Position numbers and translations under genes: made by a program. Shown here in pieces: positions 51,604 through 61,090 of a stretch of 64,000 nt of DNA (position 1 is its first letter; each line of letters opens with the position of its first letter). Location of the stretch: NCBI GenBank assembly GCA_963667175.2, contig CAXXXF010000016.1:434256-498255 (forward strand), in the 5' to 3' direction. The notes under the pieces are model-generated. The model saw nothing but the letters and a program-made list of their open reading frames with translations, ran no database searches and had not been told where the DNA came from. The DNA is from Candidatus Latescibacterota bacterium. Its GTDB lineage: Bacteria; Latescibacterota; UBA2968; GCA-2709665.

Positions 51604-51873
51604 AGGTGTAGAGAGTGACCGGGACAAGGTGTTCGCGTGATGCAACAAGGCCCCTGGGTTATTCCTCGATTGCTAAAATTGCCCGGGGCACGTTGACGAC
51701 GTGCCATTCACGACTTTATCGCTGAGACAATAGTTGTTCGAGCGAATACCGAAACGATCTTAGACTGGCCTGATAGAACCGATCCTGCTGTGGCCGCACT
51801 ACTACCTATTGACTTCTAATCGTGGTCGTGCTTATAGTCTGATGTCTCCCCTGAAGAGGAAGGAGCCATCGAG

Positions 51874-53020
51874 ATGCCTAAGAGATACGTTGTGCGTCTG
51901 AGCCCCGAAGAACGCGAGTGTCTGCAGGATCTGGTAAACAAAGGCAAGACGCAAGCCTACCGAATCAGGCACGCCCACATACTACTGAAGGCGGACGCGG
52001 AGGGTCCGGCGTGGCTGGACCGTCAGATCACGGAGGCCTTTTCGTGCAATCGGTCTACGGTTGAGGGCATCCGTAAGCGTTATGTGTTGGGGGGCCTGGA
52101 GTCGGCCCTTGACCGAAAGAAGCGCGCGCATCCACCCACACCAAGGAAGCTGGATGGGGCCAAGGAAGCCCGCTTGATCGCGTTGGCTTGCAGTGAACCT
52201 CCAAAGGGACGTAAGCGGTGGACGCTGAAGCTGTTGGCCGATGAGCTCGTGGCCTTAGAGGTCGTGGACAGCATCTCCTACCGAACGGTGCAGCGTACGC
52301 AAAAAAAACAAACTTAAGCCTCACCTGAGAAAGTGCTGGGTGATACCGCCCAAGCAGAACGCCGCGTTTGTCGCCGCGATGGAGGATATCCTGGACATCT
52401 ATCAGCGGCCGTATGACGCCAAGAAGCCCGTGGTCAATATGGACGAACACCTGGTACAATTGGTCAAGGAGACGCGGTTTGGGGTCGCAACACGTCCTGA
52501 CAGCCCCCAACGCTTTGACTACGAGTATGAACGGAACGGAACCGCCGTGAACTTCATGTTCACCGAACCCCTTTCGGGCTGGCGCAAGGTGCGTGTAAGA
52601 CAACGCAAGACCGCACTGGACTGGGCACACGAGATCAAGGAGCTTCTCTCTACCGACTACCGTGACGCCGAAACCGTCGTGTTGGTGTGTGATAACCTCA
52701 ACACGCACAAGCCCGCCTGCCTGCCGGCAGGCAGGCGGCACTCTACAAGGCCTTCCCACCCGAAGAAGCGCGCCGGCTGGCCAGGCGTCTCGAAATCCAC
52801 TATACGCCCAAGCACGGGAGCTGGCTCAACATTGCCGAGATCGAACTGAGCGTCTTGAGCAGCCAATGCTTGAAGGAACGCATCCCCGATATCGAATCCC
52901 TCAAAGAACAGACTTCCGCATGGATGCAACAACCAATGCCAGACTGTCGATTGGCGGTTCACGACCGACGATGCTCGCATCAAGCTGAAAAAGCTATACC
53001 CTGACTACGCCGATAATTAG
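51874..53020 (+). pseudogene. IS630 transposase with programmed -1 frameshift plus two disabling frameshifts
   Basis: HTH OrfA; A8C slippery site at 52301-52309 joins KNKLKPH; MDE, DNLNTH, TPKHGSWLNIAEIE, DWRFTTDDARIKL; 20-nt insertion at 52716-52735 and a second shift near 52935. Confidence 0.9.
52716..52735. repeat. Palindromic micro-element (20 nt, perfect palindrome) inside IS630 tnp
   Basis: CCTGCCTGCCGGCAGGCAGG; removing it restores HKPAALYKAF. Confidence 0.9.
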
Positions 53021-53043
53021 CCGTCAATAGGTAGGAGTATAAA

Positions 53044-53817
53044 ATGCGAATTTTGATCTGCCTCATAGTGTTGGGGTCGACTCAGCTAGTTTATGGAGGG
53101 TGTCCAGCACCTACTAGTCAAGAACTACAGGAGTGGGAACAGGGATTAGACGAGGGCAAGAATAGTTTGGTGTATGAGATTGCTGATCGTCTGTACCACT
53201 TGCCCGAGGAACCTTGGGCGGAGGATCATAGGCGATTGCTTCTTAAGGTCCTTAACCGCCATCAGGAAATACGATACAATTTAGGTAAGGATCGACCGGT
53301 CATTGGGGAAGGTGTTATACCGAAGGACCGCGGCCATTATGCGGCTAATATGATTGAAATGGCCGCTTGGCAGGAGGATACTCGATTTATTCCGTTTATT
53401 GCAGATCATATTGGTGGTGGACTACTACCTGAAATCAGTTTGGCCAATCTCGGTGAGCCTGCGTTCGAAGCGGCGATGGCAAATCTAGATGAAAGATTCG
53501 ATGGTTGGTCAAATCAACAAGGTGCGGCAGGTGTGTTTGAGATATGGTTAGGAAAGAAGACACCTTTCCTATTGCACGGGATTAAACGGGAGCGTTTAAG
53601 AAAAGAACTCTTTCGTATGTCCTTGGCCGAAGTCAAGGAAGCACGATTCTTTGCAATTAACGTCTTGCGGCACTTTAATGACAGAGAGGTATTTGCACAC
53701 CTTGAATCGATAAGCCGTAACGATACCTTTGCTCTGGATGGCAGGTTTCCGGTTCGGTCCCACGCCCAGGAAGCGTTGGATTATATGCGTACGAACGGGG
53801 GGGTGGGTGGGTTCTAA
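53044..53817 (+). CDS. Hypothetical exported helical (HEAT-like) protein
   Basis: AGGAG RBS, signal-like N-terminus, helical repeats (LANLGEPA; VRSHAQEAL); AT-richer than the core. Confidence 0.7.
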   Translation: MRILICLIVLGSTQLVYGGCPAPTSQELQEWEQGLDEGKNSLVYEIADRLYHLPEEPWAEDHRRLLLKVLNRHQEIRYNLGKDRPVIGEGVIPKDRGHYAANMIEMAAWQEDTRFIPFIADHIGGGLLPEISLANLGEPAFEAAMANLDERFDGWSNQQGAAGVFEIWLGKKTPFLLHGIKRERLRKELFRMSLAEVKEARFFAINVLRHFNDREVFAHLESISRNDTFALDGRFPVRSHAQEALDYMRTNGGVGGF

Positions 53818-54866
53818 CGAGAACGGCTCACCGAGCGCACAACAATCCCCTAGGCCTAAAATAAGCGAGTATTGATATTTGCTGACCAGAGTCTCAGATT
53901 TGTGCGACGTTTTGTTTGAATGAAGTGTATGTGTTGGGTATTGAGGTATGCGTGAGGTCGTTTTGGCGTTTGCGGAGCGTCTGTTGGTGTGTTAGAGGGC
54001 GCGGTCAGGGGTGTGTGGTCGGTGTAGGGTTGTGGTGTAGGCGTAATTGTCCGCTACGTCGTGTTAGACGTTGTGTATGGGTTTGTATGTGATCACGATT
54101 CTTGATTCGTGTCCATGTGAAGCCGGTGCGTTGGATGGTGCTCCATGCGCCCAAGAGTCTGTTGAGTGACGGCTGATAGCCGATGATGCGTATGGTGGTG
54201 CTTCGTGCGTGTTTCACGACCCGACAGGGATAAAGGATGATGTGGTTGAGGAAGGTGCGAAAGTCCATCCGGATATAGTGTCGGCGGTGTTTTTTTAGAT
54301 GCATCATCAGTGCCAACCACGACTTGACGTTCCATGCCAGTGCGGCGATGACCATGTAGGCCCAGTTGCTGACCAGGTCATACAGGGGCACGCGCAGGGC
54401 ATTGACGCCGTTTTTGAGCTGTTCGATGACGTTTTCCTGGTCGCATCGTTGGTTGGCAGCCGCGACGACCTGCGCGGGGGTGAGGTCGCTACGTGTGGTG
54501 ATGTAGAAGAAGTATCGGACATCGTCGAAGAGGGTGTGCTCCCCTTTGGTCTTACTGATGTTTTTGCGTAGGGCCACGATGCGGTAGGACCGCTTGCACT
54601 TGCCGGGCTGATAGTCAAATGCAGCGACGTCTTCGAAGTTGAGCGCCAACTTGAGGTAGCCTCGTTGCCTGACGATGCGCTGCTTTTCATTGTCGCGCCG
54701 CTTTCTCTTCTGTGTCGCTTCAGGCCGGTGCAGGCGCTGCCAGTCGGCTTCTTCAAGGGCCTCGGCACGTGTTTGTAAGGCTTTATTACAATCCATCCCA
54801 AAGATAAAATCGACGTCCTCGGCCCAGCCATCGAAGTGCGCCGTCAGCGAAAAGTCCGTGTCTGCG

Positions 54867-54885
54867 CCTGCCTGCTGCAGGCAGG
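54867..54885. repeat. Palindromic micro-element (19 nt) inside IS1380 tnp
   Basis: CCTGCCTGCTGCAGGCAGG; removing it restores RVCLRADTDFSLTAHFD in frame with ORF 54005-54796. Confidence 0.9.
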
Positions 54886-55335
54886 CGCAGACACACGCGC
54901 CCCGCGTGGGGCTTCACCAGGTCAATGGCCGCATCAATCCAGGGGGCGGCGCCCTGGTGAGACGGCGCGTTGCAGGGACGATTGACCACGTACAGCACCT
55001 CTTTGGTGTTGGCCAACGACACGATCAGGGGGGCATACCCCCACACGCCCTTGTAGGAGATGTCCATACCGCCCTTCTTCTCTCCATACGTCGGGGCACT
55101 CGTGCCGTCCACGTCGATGTAGGCTACCCCCGACAACAAGTCGGCAGCGCGTTTGCACCACAGCTTGGGACGTACCGCGTTAATGCAGTCCATCAGCGTG
55201 ATCACGTCCGCCTGACGAAAGCGACGCATGAAGTCGCCCGCCGTGGTCGGGTCCGGGATGACCTCCGTGTTCAGGGCATTCATATACGCCTCGTCGTGCC
55301 GCAAACGCTCGATGTCCTCCAAGCACGTGCCACCG

Positions 55336-55368
55336 CCTGCCTGCCGAGAAAGGCACGGCGCAGGCAGG
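55336..55368. repeat. Palindromic micro-element (33 nt, in frame) inside IS1380 tnp
   Basis: CCTGCCTGC-15 nt-GCAGGCAGG; removing it restores NVMCGGTCLEDIE. Confidence 0.9.
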
Positions 55369-55822
55369 CACATCACGTTGTACAAAAGGTTCAACACGTG
55401 ATCCGACTCATGATACGGCAGATGCACCTTCAACAACTTCAGCCTCTCGTCGAGCTGCTTGACCAATCCCAACTTCGTCACCAGACGATGCGCGGCGACA
55501 ATGCCACCATAGTTCATCGCTTCTGCCGAGGCGCTGACCTCGTAGTGCACACCACCGCTGCCAAACATCGGCCTGGCTTGCGCACAAAATCCACGGACAC
55601 GCTGATGACGGGCACGGACACGACGCCTGCATTTTTCACTGTTCCTGCGGCTGTCTTTTGTCGATATTCTCTTCACCGGAAAGGCCCCTTATGATTGAGT
55701 AGCAATTTCCCGTCAGATACTGCTAACTCTCTCTAAGGTAAGTCTTTCCGGTACTTTTGTATACAAGAAACTGAAAAAATCCGCTTTTTTAAGGCCTAGG
55801 CTGATATAGGTGGGATTGTGTA

Positions 55823-56398
55823 ATGAGGAATCGTTTGGACTTAGCCATCTTTGGTGTGCTTCTGGGTAGCGGGTTATTCGTGGGTGGTTTTATTAACCAC
55901 GACGTCAATTACACCGGCGGACCTGATTATCGCATTATTGACATTGATGGAGACCGGTATAGGGTAACCCCCGGTAGTAATGGTGAAAACCGCGCCTTTC
56001 TTGTTGCAACAGCAGGAGCCGCTATACTGACTGTTTCGTTGAAGCATCTCTGGAAACAACGGAGAGGCGCACCCAAGAGGCCCTATGGCAAATTTCAATT
56101 GTCGCGAGATATGGCCGCTGGATTTGCGCTCTGGATGGTGGGGATAAATACCCACGACTATGGCCGAGAAGTCAATGATGGGTGGGTCAGCCGCCGAAAC
56201 GCAAATGGTGAGTGGGGGCCATTTCAAGATTTGCGCTACCAGGAACCTGAGCGGTTAGGTTTCGCAGGAGGAATGTTGGGCTCTGTTTGGATGTCGGCGG
56301 CCGCGAAACACTATTGGGATGCTCGACGGGCAGGGACGCCCAATAGGATGCTTGATCAGGCATATCAGGATCTTCGGCTACAACTACTCACACAATAA
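55823..56398 (+). CDS. Hypothetical membrane protein with an internal two-fold repeat
   Basis: Hydrophobic segments; GGFINHD..Y / VGINTHDY and LKHLW / AKHYW repeat pairs; AT-richer. Confidence 0.65.
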   Translation: MRNRLDLAIFGVLLGSGLFVGGFINHDVNYTGGPDYRIIDIDGDRYRVTPGSNGENRAFLVATAGAAILTVSLKHLWKQRRGAPKRPYGKFQLSRDMAAGFALWMVGINTHDYGREVNDGWVSRRNANGEWGPFQDLRYQEPERLGFAGGMLGSVWMSAAAKHYWDARRAGTPNRMLDQAYQDLRLQLLTQ

Positions 56399-56558
56399 GA
56401 GTACTGATCTCGCGCACCAATACAACCCCCAGGGGTGATGGCCGTCCCGGGGGGTTGTGATTTGTGGAGTGAGAGTCCTTGCGCGCACTTTATTGGCCAT
56501 TGGTTGTATTGCTTTGATCCTGTTCGGTGTCGTGACGTGGATAGCGTATGCGAAAGAG

Positions 56559-57008
56559 TGTTAATGATCGCCCATATGCGACCAATCAATGCAGGATCGG
56601 CACAATCAAACCAATTGAAGATCGGGCTAATCAGGCCATTTGGAACGCGATTAAGGTCTCGGACTTCCCGCCGACGTTTCCACATTCTGAGTGTCTCAAC
56701 GACAGTCAGGTGGGAAGTATATGGCAAACCGGAGATTCGAGATGGATCAGTATCGTCAGGTATTGACGCGTATGCGGTTGGGCGCTTCGGACTGTGTGAC
56801 CGCCCGTGCCTCGATCACTGGTCGTCAGAAGGCCGGCGCGCATCGTGAAGTGGCAGTCCGTGAGGGATGGCTGGAGGCTTTCGGCGTGTAGCCCGATGAT
56901 GCGACTGTCCCGCAGGTTCTACAGGCTCCCCGGGCAGTTTTCTTGGCGGGAGGAACAACGTGCAGGCGTAATGCAAATTGAGCCGAACCGCAAAACGGGT
57001 TGGTTATG
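56559..57008 (+). mobile_element. IS21-family left-end remnant with truncated istA
   Basis: TG start; three GATCG...CCA sub-terminal repeats; MANRRFEMDQYRQVLTRMRLG at 56721 with in-frame TAG before PDDA, then truncation. Confidence 0.75.
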
Positions 57009-58016
57009 TCAATAGATCGTGACCAGCCTTTCATGACTGTTACTATTAATCGGCCGGCTAAGAACCAATGTCTTACTGATGTGGATCGGTAGCCATTCAG
57101 CAAGGTTGATATCAGGGATCTCCAAAATAGCCAGCTTGGAGCGTCCCCCATTGGGATTCAGAATCGTCGGCGTTAGACGTCCTTTTTTGAATTCGAGAAT
57201 TTGACCCGTATTGTCAACTGAGATATGAGGACTGTAATCCTCCTTAATATCCAGGTTGGCAAACTGATTAGCGAGGGTTGGGTTATTATCAAGATCGTAG
57301 ACTAAAATCCAACGACCTGATCCACTGAGCTCATGTTGATGAATGACCAATTCATCCTTTTGATCATTGTCAGTATCCCCTATTGCAAACTGGCTCCATA
57401 TTTTCGACACGCCCAGCTGGATCCCCGTCGCTTCGACCAATAGACCACCATTTTGCCAATGGCCGATCTTTATCTCAAATTCGGGCCACGAAGGACAACC
57501 TTCAAGTTCATCTTCCAATTCAGGATGAGAGTTAAACCTATCTGAGAATACAATCTCCGGCAGTCGATCCCCATCTATATCCCCAATCACCAAGTTCTGA
57601 ACCTCGATATCTTGTGGAAATACGTGCTTCTGATACTGATTTTTTCCATTGCTCGTGTAGAGGGCAATGAAAGCCCGATATTCGTCTTCCAGGCTGCCCG
57701 AACCAGCGACGGCAAAGTCAAGTTTACCGTCTCCGTTTATATCGGCCGAGTCCCAATCCTTCACGAAGGTAAAGGTGTTGTTATCTTCCCATACCTTTAG
57801 CAGATGTTGATCTCTAATTTCCAATACGACAATACCACCACTGATAAAGGGCGTGTGCTGATATCTCCAAAAACCGATCAGTTTTTCAGTCCCATCCTCC
57901 TCGGTTTCCAGAAATACCTTCCGAACACCTTTCAGTTCCGGGGAGTTAAATTGCCGCACCTGAGCAAGGGTCTCTTGCACAAACAAACTCAGAATAAAGA
58001 AACAGGCGAGTCTCAT
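57009..58016 (-). CDS. Secreted FG-GAP/VCBS-repeat protein
   Basis: Signal peptide; ADINGDGKLDF, GDIDGDRLPEI, GDTDNDQKDEL; GGAGG RBS; AT-richer. Confidence 0.85.
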   Translation of the reverse strand: MRLACFFILSLFVQETLAQVRQFNSPELKGVRKVFLETEEDGTEKLIGFWRYQHTPFISGGIVVLEIRDQHLLKVWEDNNTFTFVKDWDSADINGDGKLDFAVAGSGSLEDEYRAFIALYTSNGKNQYQKHVFPQDIEVQNLVIGDIDGDRLPEIVFSDRFNSHPELEDELEGCPSWPEFEIKIGHWQNGGLLVEATGIQLGVSKIWSQFAIGDTDNDQKDELVIHQHELSGSGRWILVYDLDNNPTLANQFANLDIKEDYSPHISVDNTGQILEFKKGRLTPTILNPNGGRSKLAILEIPDINLAEWLPIHISKTLVLSRPINSNSHERLVTIY

Positions 58017-58158
58017 TCCACGCCTCCGTCAATTGGGAATGAGGGTTTTCATTTTGGGATACCTGTAAATCTGAACCCTACGTGCCAATATAGGGTGAGA
58101 CAACGCTCCGTCCGAGATTAGCGGGGCATATAGTAGACCGCGCGATATTTCATCAGGT

Positions 58159-59238
58159 TTAACCCTCCCCCACCTCCACCAGGTCCACCCCAAATTCCAT
58201 ACCGATTTCGCAGACCGTCTGCCACGTACGGTCGTCCACCTCGATGCCCTCTTCTTGCCGGATGCGCGCGGTCCGGAACTCCGGTTCGCCGGGGGCCAGG
58301 ATTTCGTCGAATCCCTCCGCGAGGCGGCTGGATTTCACGTGGCGCATCAGGCCTTCCACTTCGTCGTAGAACGTCTCCACGTCCGTGAAGTGTTCGACGT
58401 CGTACGCGTTGATCAACACGCCGTTGCTGATCATCTCCCGGTCGCCCGCCGCGCAGCCCTGGCCGCTGAGCGCCCCGCCCAGTAATTCGACCATAATGCT
58501 CAAGCCGTATCCCTTGTGACCCGCGTCGCCGCCCAGCGGCAGAATGGCGCCCGGCGGATCGTCCTTGAAATCGTTCGGCTCCGTGGTGGGCGCCCCGTTC
58601 CCGTCGATGAGCCATCCCTCCGGCACCTTGACGCCCTGGTTGATCGCCAGCCGGATCTTGCCTTCGGCGACGATTGACGTGGTCATGTCCACGAGGATCG
58701 GCTCCGCGTCCCTCCGCGGGGCCGCGAACGCGATCGGGTTCGTACTCAACCGGCCGTCAATGCCGCCAAACGGCGCAATCTGATAACCCAGCCGCCCGGC
58801 GTTCACGAAAATCTGCCCGATCATCCCTTCCATCGCGACCATCAGCGGATACGCGCCCACCCGCCCGATATGGCTGGTATTTCGCAGTACCACGGTCGCA
58901 ACACCGCTTTGGCGGGCCTTCTCCATCGCCAGCCGGGTCGCGAACGTCGCGCCGACCTGCCCCATGGCGCCGCCCCCGTCCACAACCGCCGTACAGGCGC
59001 GTTCGGAAACCACCTCGGGAGACGCATCCGGGCTGAAACGGCCGTCCTGTATCGCCTTTGCGTACTCGTAGAAGCGAATCGCGCCGTGGGAGTCGTGCCC
59101 GAACAGGTTGGAGTCCACCAGGTGGTCCACCACCGTCCGCGCGTCCTCGTCGCGGCACCCCGCCGCGCGAAACAACGTATACCCCGCCCCGCGCAACACG
59201 TCGGGCTCGAATCTGGGCACATCAACTCCTTCCGTCAA
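58159..59238 (-). CDS. Ldh_2-family (malate/L-lactate dehydrogenase-like) oxidoreductase
   Basis: GHDSHG, HIGRVGAY, TNPIAFAAP, DMTTS, LPLGG..GHKGYGL, PGEPE. Confidence 0.92.
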   Translation of the reverse strand: MTEGVDVPRFEPDVLRGAGYTLFRAAGCRDEDARTVVDHLVDSNLFGHDSHGAIRFYEYAKAIQDGRFSPDASPEVVSERACTAVVDGGGAMGQVGATFATRLAMEKARQSGVATVVLRNTSHIGRVGAYPLMVAMEGMIGQIFVNAGRLGYQIAPFGGIDGRLSTNPIAFAAPRRDAEPILVDMTTSIVAEGKIRLAINQGVKVPEGWLIDGNGAPTTEPNDFKDDPPGAILPLGGDAGHKGYGLSIMVELLGGALSGQGCAAGDREMISNGVLINAYDVEHFTDVETFYDEVEGLMRHVKSSRLAEGFDEILAPGEPEFRTARIRQEEGIEVDDRTWQTVCEIGMEFGVDLVEVGEG

Positions 59239-59431
59239 TGTCGTTTACGATAAATATACGTTCCTCGCACCATTACACAGCTCACGAACCCCCGGTCGCT
59301 TTTTGAGGGATGTAATGGGACAATAACGCCATTTAAAGGTCACGTCCAAATACAAACTGCTCGCATGTCGGAACGACCTTGCGCCGTCGTCTTATCACAG
59401 GACCTTGACGGTCAACGGGTGCCGGATCTCT

Positions 59432-59608
59432 TTACCCCCGATGTTCGGCGATGACGTCACGAAATATATCGGCGTATCGGCAACTTGACCTGGCGATTTG
59501 CTCGATTTCTTCATCGCTGGTGACGCCGTCAGCTGCCTCCTTGCCTAACAGTTCAACGAAAATTCGTTCACGCAGGGTCGCCCCTTCTCGTGCGTAATCT
59601 AAAGGCAT
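59432..59608 (-). CDS. Small hypothetical protein (58 aa) absent from the ORF track
   Basis: AGGAGG RBS 6 nt upstream; MPLDYAREGATLRERIFVELLGKEAADGVTSDEEIEQIARSSCRYADIFRDVIAEHRG*. Confidence 0.6.
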   Translation of the reverse strand: MPLDYAREGATLRERIFVELLGKEAADGVTSDEEIEQIARSSCRYADIFRDVIAEHRG

Positions 59609-59713
59609 TTTACGCCTCCTGGTAGATTAGGGTTTAGACTGATACTGTAGGGCTACTCCCTACGCAGAATGCGTTCATGTTTCTTCATGCTGCCAGCATA
59701 CGAAAGGCGTTGA

Positions 59714-59783
59714 ATTCCCCCCTCCGCATCAGCCGTCGCCTGACGGCTTGGCTTCTGCGACTCCCCCTCAAGGGGGGAGTGAT
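59714..59783. repeat. REP-like palindromic element
   Basis: Hairpins AGCCGTC/GACGGCT and ACTCCCCC-TCAA-GGGGGGAGT; intergenic; single copy in the window. Confidence 0.5.
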
Positions 59784-60005
59784 TGCAATATCGAACGGGC
59801 TTGGACGTTCACTTCAACCTATTCGGTTGCGGCTTAGCATAGCGAAGCCGCGCCAGGGAGTGCGCGAGAAAATCATCGTCTGATTTATCCGGAATGGTCG
59901 GACCATCCGTACCAGGGATTCTGTCGACGGATTTCTCTTTACCAAAGGCGACGGATTGACTGTGACCACGCCAATCTTACCACATAGCCACAATGGAAAA
60001 CGAGG

Positions 60006-60084
60006 GGATTGGGGGAGGGAGCGCAACGCAGAAATTCGGACACAAGGGCCGGACGCAGCCCGGATGGACTTTATCAACGGGCTG
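60006..60084 (+). repeat. Partial MITE copy (right half)
   Basis: GGGGAGGGAGCGCAACGC...CACAAGGGCCGGACGCAGCCCGGATGGACTTTATCAACGGGCTG matches the 41573-41732 element. Confidence 0.8.
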
Positions 60085-60190
60085 GTAAGGCGGAAATCTA
60101 TTCAGATGCGTCTAATCTGGCTTCGGCTTTGGCAATACGTTCGCCAATAGCGTCCAGGCGTTTTTCGATTTTCTCAAAGCGGTGCATTAA

Positions 60191-60574
60191 TTATTCCGTA
60201 CCGGGAGCCTTCGGAAACAGGTACTTCACGACCACAATGAACAGTCCGACGACGTTTGCAGTTGCACTGGTTATGAGGGCTATGAACACGTTTTCGGGGA
60301 TTCGAAAGTCGGTGTATATAGACCAACCTTGAACCAGGACCAAGGTATAAAGAGCTATCAAACAAGCACTTACAAGCCAATAAATCCTATCTGCGTATCT
60401 TTTGCGTTCTGATATATTTTGATTGAGTTCTCTGTTTTTCAGTCTGAGTTTCTTCGTTTCTTCCGAGCGGCGTTCGCGGACTATCAGCTTGTCTTCATGG
60501 TCCGTAAGAGCATCGGGCTGCTTTGGAACAACCTCGACGGGTGGTGACACGTTTCGGCCGGTGCTCTCGACCAC
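60191..60574 (-). CDS. 2-TM membrane protein, candidate toxin partner of the Panacea antitoxin
   Basis: Starts 3 nt after the DUF4065 stop; coiled N-terminus (NISERKRYA), two TM helices, ends VVKYLFPK. Confidence 0.7.
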   Translation of the reverse strand: MVESTGRNVSPPVEVVPKQPDALTDHEDKLIVRERRSEETKKLRLKNRELNQNISERKRYADRIYWLVSACLIALYTLVLVQGWSIYTDFRIPENVFIALITSATANVVGLFIVVVKYLFPKAPGTE

Positions 60575-60577
60575 GAA

Positions 60578-61090
60578 TTACACCTGTCCCTTGGGATATG
60601 TTTCATAATATTCACGGATGATATCATTACTTATAATTTCATGCAGTCCAATCCCACCATCCTGATTGCACACCTGATGCCAAGGTGAACCTTCAACATG
60701 AAGCCAGTTTGATAACTGGAATCCTGTAAACCCCTGGTATACCTCCCATACCTCCTCCAAGAGACCCATTGTCCTACTGTCGTATTCTGGAATCTCATGA
60801 ATCTCCGCACCATAGATTTCGACTTCATCGAGTTCCAATATCCCCAAATCGGTAATCCTTCCGCGGATGGACTCTCTTCCGAATTCCTTTACTTCGTGGT
60901 ACAAATCGCTAATTACTGGCCCCCACTGCCAAGCTTCGATTTCCTCTCGGACAAGCGGGGCCTTGTAAATGGCAAGATGCCATCCGTGCGCGAGAAAAAC
61001 AAGCTTCTGCAATTTCATTGGAGACAATCCAACATTGTCCCGATCGGCAAAATCAAGGAATTTGTTCGCGACAGCGAGGGCGCTATACAT
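60578..61090 (-). CDS. Panacea-domain (DUF4065/SocA-like) antitoxin
   Basis: ALAVANKF, SPMKLQKLVFLAHG, IEAWQWGPV, LSNWLH..GSPW; start at MYSA (61111 also possible). Confidence 0.9.
   Translation of the reverse strand: MYSALAVANKFLDFADRDNVGLSPMKLQKLVFLAHGWHLAIYKAPLVREEIEAWQWGPVISDLYHEVKEFGRESIRGRITDLGILELDEVEIYGAEIHEIPEYDSRTMGLLEEVWEVYQGFTGFQLSNWLHVEGSPWHQVCNQDGGIGLHEIISNDIIREYYETYPKGQV

Larger units (their letters stand above)
51805..53031 (+). mobile_element. IS630-family element (degenerate)
   Basis: TIRs CCTATTGACTTCTAAT / ATTAGCCGTCAATAGG (14/16 match), TA target duplication at 51803-51804 and 53032-53033. Confidence 0.92.
54005..55676 (-). pseudogene. IS1380 transposase interrupted by two palindromic insertions
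   Basis: HLPYHESDHVL, IPDPTTAGDF.RRF, IDVDGT, GVWGYAPL, YFFYIT, RCDQEN.IEQLKNG; 33-nt in-frame insert at 55336-55368 and 19-nt frameshifting insert at 54867-54885. Confidence 0.9.
53849..55800 (-). mobile_element. IS1380-family element
   Basis: TIRs CCTAGGCCTAAAATAAGCG / CGCTTTTTTAAGGCCTAGG (17/19 match); no target duplication visible. Confidence 0.9.

Noticed and set aside
51604-51802. Possible gene remnant upstream of IS630
   Set aside because: All forward frames are interrupted by stops; no recognisable motif
54005-54115. C-terminal tail of the IS1380 transposase after ...QRTGFT
   Set aside because: Low-complexity His/Thr-rich tail, possibly stop-codon loss; cannot be decided without homologues
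60098-60187. 29-aa coiled-coil-like ORF downstream of the 2-TM gene (MHRFEKIEKRLDAIGERIAKAEARLDASE)
   Set aside because: Too short to support; could be a fragment; only positional evidence
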